A stretch of 64,000 nucleotides of DNA from Leucoraja erinacea (taxonomy: Eukaryota), in the NCBI RefSeq assembly GCF_028641065.1, contig NC_073415.1, positions 9,176,001-9,240,000 of the forward strand, given 5' to 3'. Shown here one piece after another: positions 63,386-64,000 of the stretch. A program made the translations under genes and the position numbers. Positions within the stretch are counted from its first letter, which is position 1, and every line of letters begins with the position of its first letter. A model generated the notes under the pieces. The model worked only from the letters and a program-made list of their open reading frames with translations, made no database searches and was not told the origin of the DNA.

Positions 63386-64000
63386 CTGTCATTAATTACA
63401 AGATCAATTAGGATCAACACCCGTAATTAGTTGTATTCGAAACACGCAGTGGATTTGGATTCATCTTTTCAGATGTGGGAGCTGAAGCTAAACTGTGGTA
63501 CATCTTAGAGGCTGGAGAGCAGATTGACTGCGCATATAGTGAGCTCCACTCCATAACCTAACTGACCCTGCCCTCCGTGTGTTTGATGAGATCCTGAGTA
63601 GCAGCTTTATTGTATCTAACCAAGTTCATGTCACAAAGCAGAATTAATCAATTTGGCCCATCGAGTCTACTCCGACATTCAATCATGGCTGATCTATCTT
63701 TCTCTCTCAACCCCATTCTCCTGCCTTCTCCCCATATCCCGACACCCATACTAATCAAGAATCTGTCAATCTCCACCTTAAAATACACAAATGGACTCCA
63801 CAGCAATGTAGCAATTAATTCCACAGATTTACCACCCTCTGACTAAAGAAGTGTTGTTACTCACCCTAGTTTTTCCACATGCTGGAAAAGTCCTCTATTT
63901 CCACTCCATCCCCAAGCATCTCCCTGTTACTGGGCCCACATCCATAGGCATTAAGCTATCTCGAGCTCTAGGACAGGAGCTGAGACGGGGAACAGCAACA

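Noticed and set aside
63864-64000. Donor-like signal on the minus strand (ctagg|gtgagt) as a further DHPS exon
   Set aside because: The translation does not resemble the expected upstream DHPS peptide (VTTAGGVEED...GINR); treated as intronic.

Overview
Eukaryotic (vertebrate) genomic DNA, not prokaryotic. The repeat content (tRNA-derived HE1/V-SINE-like SINEs, CR1 LINE 3' ends, Rex1/Babar-like fragments and dozens of short Penelope-type elements) points to a cartilaginous fish, probably a skate or ray; this is inferred. The region is gene-dense. Seven spliced genes were reconstructed exon by exon from GT-AG sites and from similarity to the human proteins as I recall them: YJU2B/CCDC130 (+, with an apparent 1-nt frameshift in one exon), GTF2F1 (+), a GDNF-family ligand assigned to PSPN (+), ALKBH7 (-), WDR83OS (-), WDR83 (+) and the last six exons of DHPS (-, continuing beyond the window). 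All seven orthologs lie on human 19p13. The most notable signal not explained by the genes is a high-copy ~80-120 bp element, often in inverted pairs, that carries a minimal hammerhead-ribozyme core (CUGANGA...GAAA-CGUC) with a palindromic stem III. Also notable: only 71 nt separate the WDR83OS and WDR83 start codons, and PSPN and ALKBH7 have interleaved convergent poly(A) signals. There are four assembly gaps (218-516, 23523-23652, 40087-40246, 61695-61837). Most ORFs in the supplied track are spurious. All coordinates were read by eye, and repeat boundaries are approximate.
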